Below are positions 38,771-47,779 of a stretch of DNA of 64,000 nucleotides, in pieces. The position numbers and the translations under genes were made by a program. The stretch's first letter is position 1. The number at the start of each line of letters is the position of its first letter. Source of the stretch: Polyangiaceae bacterium (GTDB lineage Bacteria; Myxococcota_A; Polyangia; Polyangiales; Polyangiaceae); NCBI GenBank assembly GCA_965222375.1, contig CBDCTZ010000016.1, positions 224,001 to 288,000 of the forward strand, in the 5' to 3' direction. The notes beneath the pieces are model-generated. The model made no database searches and was not told the origin of the DNA. It saw only the letters and a list, made by a program, of their open reading frames with translations.

Positions 38771-39553
38771 TCAGTTTGGGAAGAAGCCCAGTAAGGCGTT
38801 CGCGATGGTCTTGTTGCGCACTTCGTAGCCCGCGCTGGTGTGGTGCAATCCGTCCGAATAGGGGGCGACTCCCGTGCTGGCAGTCGTGGCCCAATCGAAG
38901 ATGCGCAGATTGGTCCAGCGGGACTGGGCCTCTTTGAGCGCCTCGTTCCAAAGTTCCATGTTGGCACTGGACCAGTAGCCGCTCGTCTTGGTCGAGTGGG
39001 TATTGACCCACATGACTCGTGCCGAGGCGGTCGGGTCGATGGCCTTCATCATCTCGTCAATGGACTTGCCCCGAGTGTGGTTGGCGCCTGCGGCGACGTT
39101 GGCGGTGTCGTTGGTGCCCAGCGCCACCACCCAGCAGCCGCTGAAGCCAGTGCCGCGGATCGACGCGGCGGCTTGCCTACCGGTCTCGGGGTCTTCCGGC
39201 AGCCGCTCGAGGATGGCGCGCCCGCCGTAGGCGTTGATCTGCACGCTGAGGCCTTCGGCCTGATAGGCGGCCGTCAGTGAGGGTTTCGTGTAGGCGGTCA
39301 GGCTGTCGCCGATGTGGGCGACGGAGCCGCAGGGGTTGCTCGTCTTGGAGTCACCCCCGATGGCGTCTTTCTGTAACGACCCGTCCGGGGTCGAGCCAGC
39401 GTCCGCCCAAGCGTCGGTCTTCACGACGTCAACGTCTTTGGTGCTGGCTGCGTCTGCCCGCCCAGCGGGACTAGCTGCGTCCTTCTTGCTGCAGGAGACC
39501 GGCAGCGCCGCGGCGCCAATCCAAAGAAAAACGACGTAGGCGGAGCGTGTCAC
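38771..39553 (-). CDS. SGNH/GDSL-hydrolase-like lipoprotein
   Basis: HIGDSL, LGTND and DGLH blocks; lipobox PVSC. Confidence 0.85.
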   Translation of the reverse strand: MTRSAYVVFLWIGAAALPVSCSKKDAASPAGRADAASTKDVDVVKTDAWADAGSTPDGSLQKDAIGGDSKTSNPCGSVAHIGDSLTAYTKPSLTAAYQAEGLSVQINAYGGRAILERLPEDPETGRQAAASIRGTGFSGCWVVALGTNDTANVAAGANHTRGKSIDEMMKAIDPTASARVMWVNTHSTKTSGYWSSANMELWNEALKEAQSRWTNLRIFDWATTASTGVAPYSDGLHHTSAGYEVRNKTIANALLGFFPN

Positions 39554-39564
39554 TGAGGTGTGGC

Positions 39565-40845
39565 CTAGCGGGCCACGCGGAAGATGCCGCCTGTCGTCCG
39601 ATAGTAGACATGGGTCGCATCGGGTCGAAGTTTGCTAGGTCCTGGACCAAGATCGGAACTCAGGGTGCGCACGTTCTTGCCGTTGCGATCCGCGGCGCGC
39701 AGCACCTTCACGCTGTTGGCTGTTTCGATCCAGAACATGGCGTTGTTGGTCACGACCAAGTCCTTCTGACTCGCGCTCGGGATGGAGAGCAGCGTGCTTG
39801 CACCGGAGCCAGCAAAAGTACCGCGCCGCACTTGCCAGTTCGAGCCGGAGACGGTGGTCCAAATCAGGTCGCTCCCTTCGACCTGCAGCTCTAGAGGCGA
39901 CTTCTCGCCGCCAAAGATAATCGTTGGTGCGGTCACGGTCGGCGCAGTCGTGGCCTTGCGTCGAATCCCGGCTGTCGCCGACTTGGTCCAGAAGACGTCG
40001 CTGCCGGTCGCCGCGAGTCCCGAAATGGTTTTGTCGTCGAAGAAGACGGACCCTTCACCGCCGCCCGCCTTGTTGACCTTGCGGATGTCGTATCCAACCG
40101 GGGAAAGGGAGAAGTGCGACAAGAAAAGCTGCGAATTGTTCTGAGCGAACCTGCTCGGTCGATATTTGGTCAAAGGCGTGGTTGCACCGCCGGTTTTGGC
40201 CATGCTGCGCACGTAGATGGCGCCTCCCCAGTAGACCTTGTTCGACACGAAAATGTGGGAGGGGCTGTTCTGGCTCGACGCGAGGGTGGAAGCGGAGCCG
40301 CCCGCTTTCATCACGCGCTTGACGAAACTGCTGCCCGCCGGATTCCCGGTTTGAGTGAAGTAGACGTGGCTCGTGTCGATATCTAGGTTGGTCACCTTGT
40401 CCGCGAGGACCACGGTCGAGGGCGCGCAGCCTCCCGCGGAGCATGTCGTGTTTTGACAGTCATGCCCGCAGAAGCCGCAGTTCTTGCCATCGTTCATCAG
40501 GTTCACGCACGTGCCTGAGCAATCCGTGAGTCCGGAGCCGCAGCCCCCCGCGCCCCCCGAGCCGGAGCTTCCCGACGAGCCCGCAGCGCCGCCGGAGCCC
40601 GCGCTGCCCCCAGTCGATCCGGCGCTGCCGCCGGAACCGGCGCTGCCGCCGGACCCGGCGCTGCCGCCGGACCCGGCGCTGCCACCCGTGGCGCCGCCTC
40701 CGGTGCCACCCCCCGCCGAACCACCAGCGCTGCCACCGGCTCCACCCGTATTTGAGAAACTGCGCTCGCTATCGCTGCCGCAAGCACTGAGGGCGGCGCA
40801 AGCGGCGATGCAGGCTAGGGCTTGGGCGGGGGACTTCCAACTCAT
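39565..40845 (-). CDS. Lipoprotein with a Cys-rich module and a beta-propeller-like domain
   Basis: AGGAG SD before ATG 40845, lipobox LSAC, GGSAGS repeats, CSGTCVNLMNDGKNCGFCGHDC and D..HVYF/VFWT blades. Confidence 0.75.
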   Translation of the reverse strand: MSWKSPAQALACIAACAALSACGSDSERSFSNTGGAGGSAGGSAGGGTGGGATGGSAGSGGSAGSGGSAGSGGSAGSTGGSAGSGGAAGSSGSSGSGGAGGCGSGLTDCSGTCVNLMNDGKNCGFCGHDCQNTTCSAGGCAPSTVVLADKVTNLDIDTSHVYFTQTGNPAGSSFVKRVMKAGGSASTLASSQNSPSHIFVSNKVYWGGAIYVRSMAKTGGATTPLTKYRPSRFAQNNSQLFLSHFSLSPVGYDIRKVNKAGGGEGSVFFDDKTISGLAATGSDVFWTKSATAGIRRKATTAPTVTAPTIIFGGEKSPLELQVEGSDLIWTTVSGSNWQVRRGTFAGSGASTLLSIPSASQKDLVVTNNAMFWIETANSVKVLRAADRNGKNVRTLSSDLGPGPSKLRPDATHVYYRTTGGIFRVAR

Positions 40846-40937
40846 GAGACGGCGGCTCCTTGCAAGGCGAAGAACCAAGCCTACATCGTCGCGTCGCGCC
40901 GCGCGAGTCGCCGGTGTCTGGAATCGCTTCCGCCGGG

Positions 40938-42536
40938 CTATCCCGGGAGAAGTTCGTTCAAGGTGGGCACTTCGGGCGCCCCGGCATCCGCGAGATCGAT
41001 CTGAGCTTTCTGCAACTGCCCCGCCAGGTCCACGTTCACGGATTGCCAGCGCGTATACGCGTCCAGCACCCAGATCCCACTCTCACGCGTGCCGTTTCCA
41101 CTCCAGCCGTTGCCGCCAAAGGGCAGGTGAGCTTCTGCGCCGGTGGTCGAGTTGTTAATGCTCGTCATGCCCGCACGGATCTCTTGTTTGAAGCGCAGCA
41201 TGGCGCGGGCGTCCCGGGTGTACATGGCGCTTGAAAGCCCATAGGGCGTTCCATTCGCTGCCGCGATGGCCTCGTCCAGCCCATCCACCTCCACCAGGTT
41301 CACGGTGGGACCGAAGCACTCCTCTTGGAACACACGCATGTCGGGTTTGACCCGATCGAAGATCCGCGGTGACGCATACAGTCCCCGTGCGGCGTCGCCA
41401 GAAAAACCCGCGGGAGCGTCGCCCTCCACGATGCGTTTGCCATCCAGCAGCAGCTCGGCGCCGTCATCGAGGCCCACGGCCCGCTGTGCGAGCCAGCGCT
41501 CCAGGAATCGCTCGTTGATGAACGGCCCGTAGTCGATGCCTTCGTCCAAGGGTTCGCCGATCTTGAGCAGCTTGGCGCGCTTGACCAATTGATCCCGCAC
41601 GGTTGGGAGCACCCGCTTGTCCACGATGATGTTCCCGCAGCTGGTGCAGCGCTGGCCGGCGGTACCAAAGGATGCCCAGAGCGCTCCCTCCACGGCCAAC
41701 TCGAGGTCGGCATCTGCCAAGATCACCAGAGGATTCTTGCCTCCCAGCTCCAAGGACGGCACCTGCAAGTTGCGTCCGCAGATCTCCCCGATCTTGCGAC
41801 CGACCTCCGTCGATCCGGTGAAGCTCACTTTGTGGATCAAACCCGCGTCCACCATATCCGCGAGGTACTCACCGGCAGCGCCCGCGCCGCCACCATGCAC
41901 GACGCTCAGTACGCCGTCGGGCAGACCCGCACGCTGCCAGAGATCGACGAAGAGCTCTGCGACTCCCGGCGCGTCGTCGCTGGGTTTCCACACCACGACG
42001 TTGCCCGCGAGCAGCGCCGGAATGATCTTCCAAGACGGCACGGCGATGGGGAAGTTGCCGGCGGTGATCATGCCGCAAACCCCGATCGGTCTGCGGTATG
42101 TGAACAGCTCCTTGTTCGGCAATTCGCTCGGCACGGTCTGCCCGTACAGCCGGCGGCCTTCGCTTTGGAAGAACTCCGCCGTGTCGATGGCCTCTTGAAC
42201 GCTGCCACGCGCTTCGCGAACCGGCTTGCCCATTTCTCGCGAGGCGAAGCGCGACAGCGCCTGCTTGGAGTCCACCAGCAGCCGCGACAGGCGGCCGAGT
42301 ACTTGCGCCCGCTGGGGTGCCGGAATCGCCGACCAGGATGCAAATGCCGCTTGCGCCTTTTCGCAGGCCTCCCGCACCTCTTCCTTGGTGGATTGAGGAG
42401 CGATGGTCACCACGTCATCGCGATTGGCTGGATTGCGCCGCTCGTAGCTCTTGCCCAGGTCCCGGGTTTGTCCCCCGATGCGATTCTTCGCGCAGAGACT
42501 CGCGGGGAGCCCGCCTGCCTGTTTTTTGGTCTGCAT
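40938..42536 (-). CDS. Aldehyde dehydrogenase
   Basis: WKPS, FTGS, LELGGKN, GQRCT and EECFGP motifs. Confidence 0.95.
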   Translation of the reverse strand: MQTKKQAGGLPASLCAKNRIGGQTRDLGKSYERRNPANRDDVVTIAPQSTKEEVREACEKAQAAFASWSAIPAPQRAQVLGRLSRLLVDSKQALSRFASREMGKPVREARGSVQEAIDTAEFFQSEGRRLYGQTVPSELPNKELFTYRRPIGVCGMITAGNFPIAVPSWKIIPALLAGNVVVWKPSDDAPGVAELFVDLWQRAGLPDGVLSVVHGGGAGAAGEYLADMVDAGLIHKVSFTGSTEVGRKIGEICGRNLQVPSLELGGKNPLVILADADLELAVEGALWASFGTAGQRCTSCGNIIVDKRVLPTVRDQLVKRAKLLKIGEPLDEGIDYGPFINERFLERWLAQRAVGLDDGAELLLDGKRIVEGDAPAGFSGDAARGLYASPRIFDRVKPDMRVFQEECFGPTVNLVEVDGLDEAIAAANGTPYGLSSAMYTRDARAMLRFKQEIRAGMTSINNSTTGAEAHLPFGGNGWSGNGTRESGIWVLDAYTRWQSVNVDLAGQLQKAQIDLADAGAPEVPTLNELLPG

Positions 42537-42648
42537 GGCCCTCCCATGCGCCGGCGAGCCGCGGCGATCAAGCCGCCTTTCCGCGGGCCGGTTTTCCCAG
42601 CATCTAGGCCGATGTGGCTAGGCTGTCCAAGGCCGGCCCGGGGCGGGG

Positions 42649-43398
42649 CTAGATCCGCTCGAGGATCTTCTCGGCGAATAGAAACGCGTCGCCGGGCCAG
42701 CGCGCGGAGACGTAGCGTCCGTCCTCGACCGCGAAGGCAGCTGCGTTGTCACCCCGCTTGCCGTGACTGAATAGGGAGATGGGCCCGCGTTGGAATTGCC
42801 GGTCGGCGTTATCCAGGCTGGCGCGCACTTCCTCTTCCACGTACTCCGGGTAGGTGCGGTAGTAACGCCCGAGCTTCCAAAACGTCGACAGGTACGCGCT
42901 GCGCTCCATGTACTGCGGCAAGCACGTGGTCTGCGCCCGGTGAAGGACGCTCTTTCCCGACTCCGGGTCTTTGGCGCGGGCGAGCACCAGCACGCCGTGA
43001 CAGATGGCGCCCACGGGCACGCCTCGCTTCCAGATGGCTGCGACGAGCTCTTGCAGCTTGGGGGAGCCCAGATACTGGCGCATGCCCTTGGCGTGGCCGC
43101 CGGGCAAGACCAATGCGTCTACGCTTTCCGGGTCGATGTCCTGCCAGCGCTTCGGACTATCGAGCTGACCGCTGGCTTCCAGCTCCTGATAGAACGATTT
43201 GGGTTCGGGCTTGGCGCCCAGCTGTCCGAACACCACCCCAGTCAACAGTAGCGGGTCGCAGCGCGCATCGTCGCCGTGCTCAGTCGCAAACACCACGTCG
43301 TGTCCAGCTTCACTGAGCAGCTTCCAGGGGACGGCTACCTCCGTGACGTCGAAGTCACGATCCGGCAGAGGCATGAACACGGTTTTCGTCACGTCCAT
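42649..43398 (-). CDS. DJ-1/PfpI (class I glutamine amidotransferase-like) protein
   Basis: FDVTEVAVPW, LVLPGGH, GAICHG and VSARWPGD. Confidence 0.88.
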   Translation of the reverse strand: MDVTKTVFMPLPDRDFDVTEVAVPWKLLSEAGHDVVFATEHGDDARCDPLLLTGVVFGQLGAKPEPKSFYQELEASGQLDSPKRWQDIDPESVDALVLPGGHAKGMRQYLGSPKLQELVAAIWKRGVPVGAICHGVLVLARAKDPESGKSVLHRAQTTCLPQYMERSAYLSTFWKLGRYYRTYPEYVEEEVRASLDNADRQFQRGPISLFSHGKRGDNAAAFAVEDGRYVSARWPGDAFLFAEKILERI

Positions 43399-43458
43399 GG
43401 CGTAACGTAGTTGGCGTGCTTGGTTCAAGCGTGCTCGACAAGACTGCAAGTTGGGTTT

Positions 43459-43501
43459 TTGGGGTCGTGGCGCTGGGGCGGATCCGGGGCACTAATCTCG
43501 C
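43459..43501 (+). repeat. Dispersed bipartite repeat, copy D
   Basis: TTGGGGTCG-N24-CTAATCTCGC between divergent genes. Confidence 0.8.
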
Positions 43502-43550
43502 GCTGCCCGGGCTGTGCGGGTGAGACTTCTAAACTCGTGCCACAAGCGCT

Positions 43551-44729
43551 ATGACCCGCGGCATGCGGGTCCTCGTTCTGGGTGCAGGTCGGATGGGAAA
43601 GGCTGCGGCCTGGGACTTGGGGCGCCAGCCTGGGGTCGACCTGCTCGGCCTCGCGGACCGCGACGACGAGATCCTTCGCGCGGCGGCAGACGAAACCGCC
43701 GCTCTGCTCAAGAAGACCAAGCGCAAAGGCGAGTCACCCAAGATCGAGACTCGCGTACACGACTTGGATTCCGGGCGAGGGCTGGTTGCTCTCTTGGAGC
43801 CTTGGGATGTCGTCCTGTCCAGCGCGGACTACAAGTACAACGAAACCCTGACCCGGGCGGCCATCGAGGCGAAAACCCATCTCTGTGATCTCGGCGGCAA
43901 TCTGTTCGTGGTCGAAAAACAGCTGGCCATGAGTGACGACGCCGAGCGAGCAGGCGTCACGGTGGTTCCGGACTGCGGCCTGGCTCCAGGCATGGCGTGT
44001 CTGCTCGCCGCCTGGGGCGTCGAACGCATGGACACGACGGATACCGTGAAGATCCGCGTGGGCGGGCTTCCGGCTCACCCGCGGCCGCCCTTGAACTACA
44101 AGCTGGTCTTCAATCCACGCGGCTTGACCAACGAATACCTCGAGCCCGCCGAGGCGCTGCGGGACGGCAAGATCGTTCGCCTCAAGTCCCTGACCGAGCC
44201 CGAGGCCCTCGAGTTTCCGTACCCCTTCGGCACCCTAGAGGCCTTCAATACCTCGGGCGGTGCATCGACCCTGCCGCGCACCCTGCGTTCTCGCGTGCGC
44301 AACATGGATTACAAGACGATCCGCTACCCAGGTCACATGGCGATCTTCGCGGGGCTCCACGCCATCGGGCTCATGGGTGAACAGCCCATCGATGGCGTGG
44401 TTCCTCGGGTTTTCACGGAGAAGCTCCTAGAGCGCGCGCTCACGGATGACGACACGGATGTCGTCCTCGTGCGCGTCATCATCGACGGCAAGAAGGCGGG
44501 CAAGAAGACCCGGCTCGTCTTCGAGGTGATCGACCGCCACGAGCACAAGACCGGTCACTCGGCCATGGCGCGCACGACCGCGTACCCGGCGGCCGTCGTG
44601 GCTTACATGATCGGCGCGGGCGCCGTCGAAAAGCGCGGCGTGCTGCCTGGAGAGCTGGCCGTGCCCCTGGACACCTTCGCCCAAGCTATCCGCGCTCGCG
44701 GTATCGATGTGAAAGAGCGTTGGGAGTGA
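43551..44729 (+). CDS. Saccharopine dehydrogenase / lysine 6-dehydrogenase family protein
   Basis: VLGAGRMG, DLGG, DCGLAPG, VGGLP, YKTIRYPGH and SAMARTT. Confidence 0.9.
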   Translation: MTRGMRVLVLGAGRMGKAAAWDLGRQPGVDLLGLADRDDEILRAAADETAALLKKTKRKGESPKIETRVHDLDSGRGLVALLEPWDVVLSSADYKYNETLTRAAIEAKTHLCDLGGNLFVVEKQLAMSDDAERAGVTVVPDCGLAPGMACLLAAWGVERMDTTDTVKIRVGGLPAHPRPPLNYKLVFNPRGLTNEYLEPAEALRDGKIVRLKSLTEPEALEFPYPFGTLEAFNTSGGASTLPRTLRSRVRNMDYKTIRYPGHMAIFAGLHAIGLMGEQPIDGVVPRVFTEKLLERALTDDDTDVVLVRVIIDGKKAGKKTRLVFEVIDRHEHKTGHSAMARTTAYPAAVVAYMIGAGAVEKRGVLPGELAVPLDTFAQAIRARGIDVKERWE

Positions 44730-44799
44730 GGTTTGGCGCCGAGGGTCTGCGGCGCCGAGTCAACGCACAAGCCAATCGAAAAAGTAGCCTTGCACCGCC

Positions 44800-46185
44800 T
44801 CAGTCGCCCTCGAGGTAGAAACTGAGGTCGAACTCGTCGTCCACGCTGGTATCCCGCAACGGCCAGCCTTGCCAAGAACCGCCCGGAGCAGATCGCAGCT
44901 CTGCTCGACCCAGCACGGTGGAGTCCACCGAGAAGTCGTAGGAGAGCGAGCCGTCGCGCGTCGCTAGCACCGTGTGGGTGCCACCGTCGGATTCGATCTC
45001 TAGCGTGTACTGCTGATTGGCCTTCAAGGTCAGCCTTGAGGACGCTGGCCCGCTTCGGAATTCCGCTTCCGCCGGCGAAACATCTCCCCGCGGGTCTCCG
45101 CTCGGTGTGCCCGTCGGGTAGCCTGACACAGCGGTCGTTGCCAGCGCGCTGCCACTGCTATCGCGCAGCGTCAACGTCATCGAATTGGTGCCGGAGACAT
45201 GCATGGCGCCAACGGCAATGGTGGTGACGTTGAGGTCCGTTGGCGGGGTAAACGTTTGCCGCACGGAACGCGCCTTGTCGACGTACCTGGCCACTCTATC
45301 AGGCCCACTCACGGAGCCGACCTCCATGTACCCGTTGCCGAAGGCGCGACCGTCTGAAAAGCGATACTCGCCGATGGCCCAATGACGCACCCGCCGCACC
45401 CAGCCCTGCCCGTCATTGTACAGCACGGCATATTGAGTCGGGTCGAAGGTGGGCACGTTGAGGGATCGGTCGCTTCGGGCGGAAATGAAGTCGTCGACGC
45501 TCACGAAGTGCGCGGAGGGGTCCTTCGTCGTGTTTCGAAAAACGAGGTGGTAGTACTTGCCTGCTTCGACCGCCGTTGGCGCCTTGAAGGAGAAGTTCCG
45601 GAAGCTGTGGTTGTCACCCGGATCGCCTCCGACGGTCGCGCCGCTCGGGCCCGAACCTTTGTACATCGAAGGGATGCCGATGATGTGCTCCGTTTGGGCC
45701 AGTACGTTTCCACTTGGCAAGTGCTCCGCGGATCCATCATCTGCCTCGAGGGAAATCTGAAACGTGCCGCCGTCGCCCTTGTGGTAGTAGCCGTCGCCGC
45801 CAACTTCGCCTTCGACGAAGATGATGTATGGACGGACCGACGTCAGATTGCCGCCAATTGGGAAGCGCACGCAATGGGACACCACACGCTTGGCCGACCC
45901 GCCGAACTCCGTGTCGGCTAAAGACGCGGCGATCTGGGGGTTGCCCCAGGCGCCGCCCCCCAATGCCGCGCCGGCTGCGCCCGCGGCTCCTCCCGTCGCC
46001 CCGACGCCGCCGGAGCCCGCGCTTCCACCGGCCACGCCACCGCTGCCTGCGGTGCCGCCGCCACCCGCTGCGCCAGCGCTGGAACCACCGGCTCCCGGCC
46101 CCGTGCTGTCGGACGACTCGCCGCATCCGGCGGTTGCCACAGCCACGGCCACGATTGCCTGCAGTGGGGTTCGCATCATCGTCAC
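44800..46185 (-). CDS. Hypothetical lipoprotein with beta-sandwich-like domains
   Basis: Lipobox TAGC, Gly/Ala linker and a beta-rich body. Confidence 0.7.
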   Translation of the reverse strand: MTMMRTPLQAIVAVAVATAGCGESSDSTGPGAGGSSAGAAGGGGTAGSGGVAGGSAGSGGVGATGGAAGAAGAALGGGAWGNPQIAASLADTEFGGSAKRVVSHCVRFPIGGNLTSVRPYIIFVEGEVGGDGYYHKGDGGTFQISLEADDGSAEHLPSGNVLAQTEHIIGIPSMYKGSGPSGATVGGDPGDNHSFRNFSFKAPTAVEAGKYYHLVFRNTTKDPSAHFVSVDDFISARSDRSLNVPTFDPTQYAVLYNDGQGWVRRVRHWAIGEYRFSDGRAFGNGYMEVGSVSGPDRVARYVDKARSVRQTFTPPTDLNVTTIAVGAMHVSGTNSMTLTLRDSSGSALATTAVSGYPTGTPSGDPRGDVSPAEAEFRSGPASSRLTLKANQQYTLEIESDGGTHTVLATRDGSLSYDFSVDSTVLGRAELRSAPGGSWQGWPLRDTSVDDEFDLSFYLEGD

Positions 46186-46215
46186 ACGCTAGTGTAGCGT
46201 CTCAGCCTACAGGAT

Positions 46216-47184
46216 TTGACCGTGAGATATTTCCCCGTGGCACTGCTTGTTCTGCCCGCGGCTGCGTGCGGCCCCATCGCACCAAGCGAAATGCCAGCCC
46301 CGCCTGCGGCTGCGTCGACCGCGAACAACGGAGCGGCCTCCGGCCAGGTCCAGCCCCCTCAACCACAGCCACCCGTGTCCGCGGCTGCGTCGACCGCGGC
46401 GCCACCCAACCAATCAGCTCCATCCCCATCGCCGGGGGCCGAATCCCCCAGCGCGTCGTTGAAGCTCTCTTGCCCCACCGAGATGGCGCTCGTGCGCCGC
46501 GCGCAGGGCGCCTATTGCATCGATCGCTACGAGGGCACCATCGTGTTGCGCGCTAGCGATGGTAGCGAAAAGCCTCATCGCGGGAACAAGCGTGTCCACG
46601 GCTTGGAGTCGAAGATCGTCGCGCGCAGCGTGAAAGGCAAGATGCCGCAGGGCTACATCAGCGGCAAACAAGCAGCCGTGGCCTGCGAGCGCGCTGGCAA
46701 ACGGTTATGCGAGAACGACGAATGGGTTACCGCTTGTCGTGGTTCGACCCGCAGCGTGTACCCCTACGGCGACAAGCGCCGGAAAAAGATCTGCAACGAT
46801 CGCTATCGCGTCCTCGACAAGCACCCGGTCGTGCGGCTGTTCAAGAAGCACGCGCCGCCGGACGAAGACGAAATCAAGATGTGGCATCCGAGCTGGATGA
46901 ACGACCCGCGTCTACATCAGATGTCCCACAGCGTGGTGCCAACGGGTGCCTTCCCGAAGTGCACCAATGACTACGGCGTCTTCGACATGGTGGGCAATTT
47001 GCACGAGTGGGTCGCAGACCCCGCCGGCGTCTTCTTCGGCGGCTACCTGATGGACACCTACCAAAACGGCGAAGGCTGCGACTACCGCACCATCTTTCAC
47101 CCCTTCGACTATCACGACTATTCGACGGGCTTTCGCTGTTGCAAGGACGCCGACTCGGAGCCACCTCAGCCTGCCAGCAAGTAG
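46216..47184 (+). CDS. FGE-sulfatase (SUMF1-like) domain lipoprotein
   Basis: CIDRYE, GKRLC..DEW..AC, YGVFDMVGNLHEW and GFRCC. Confidence 0.88.
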   Translation: MTVRYFPVALLVLPAAACGPIAPSEMPAPPAAASTANNGAASGQVQPPQPQPPVSAAASTAAPPNQSAPSPSPGAESPSASLKLSCPTEMALVRRAQGAYCIDRYEGTIVLRASDGSEKPHRGNKRVHGLESKIVARSVKGKMPQGYISGKQAAVACERAGKRLCENDEWVTACRGSTRSVYPYGDKRRKKICNDRYRVLDKHPVVRLFKKHAPPDEDEIKMWHPSWMNDPRLHQMSHSVVPTGAFPKCTNDYGVFDMVGNLHEWVADPAGVFFGGYLMDTYQNGEGCDYRTIFHPFDYHDYSTGFRCCKDADSEPPQPASK

Positions 47185-47225
47185 CTCGATCCGCGTTCGT
47201 TCCACGCTCGGTTGTCTTGGTTGGT

Positions 47226-47369
47226 TTGGGGGTCGGGGCATTGGGCCGGCGCAGGGGCGCTACTCTCGCCTTGGCCCATGCCGGGTCATCGGGGCCAGCC
47301 GTGGCGGCGCGACTGCGTGGGCCACGTCGGGAGTAGTGCCCCGAAGTGCTCCAGGGATACGACCCCCAA
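47226..47369. repeat. Inverted pair of the dispersed repeat (copies E and G); REPIN/MITE-like ~145-bp unit
   Basis: Plus strand TTGGGGGTCG-N24-CTACTCTCGC (47226-47269) and minus strand TTGGGGGTCG-N23-CTACTCCCGA (47369-47327), between convergent genes. Confidence 0.8.
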
Positions 47370-47392
47370 CCCACCCAGATGCGACCGAATCG

Positions 47393-47731
47393 TCAGCTGC
47401 CCGGAGGTGGCAACTTGCCGCCGAAATAGACACGAACCGCGGAGATCTTCCCGTCCGTGAAACGCAAATGTTCGGCGATCGGCATCGGACCGGTGGGCCC
47501 TTGCATCTCGTAGGCGACGAAGCCCTCGCTGTTCGTATAAACCTGGCTCGAGAGTTTCAATTGGTGGCCGCCGAAGCGCTCCAGGCAGGCATCTAGAAAG
47601 GCGTCGATACTGTCGAAATCCTCCAGGGGACTGCGGAACTGAAAGGTCGGCGCAACACAGTCTAGGATCGCTTCTCGATCACGGTCGGCCCAGCCTTGGA
47701 AGTAGCGTTCGGTAGTGTTCTTCAGGGTCAT
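47393..47731 (-). CDS. SnoaL/NTF2-like protein
   Basis: ERYFQGW...DREAI...APTFQFRSP and EHLRFTDGKI..VRVYF. Confidence 0.82.
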   Translation of the reverse strand: MTLKNTTERYFQGWADRDREAILDCVAPTFQFRSPLEDFDSIDAFLDACLERFGGHQLKLSSQVYTNSEGFVAYEMQGPTGPMPIAEHLRFTDGKISAVRVYFGGKLPPPGS

Positions 47732-47739
47732 GTTGACAT

Positions 47740-47765
47740 GACGCAGAAGAGGGCCCGAGGTAACA
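47740..47765 (-). promoter_or_regulatory. ECF41-type promoter for the SnoaL gene
   Basis: Minus strand TGTTACC-N15-CGTC, 8 nt before ATG 47731; resembles the ECF41 consensus TGTCACA-N16-CGTC. Confidence 0.6.
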
Positions 47766-47779
47766 TTCGGTTGAAAAAA

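Noticed and set aside
40540..40750. 18-bp tandem repeats (CCGGCGCTGCCGCCGGA[AC])
   Set aside because: They encode the GGSAGS linker of a lipoprotein and are not an independent element.
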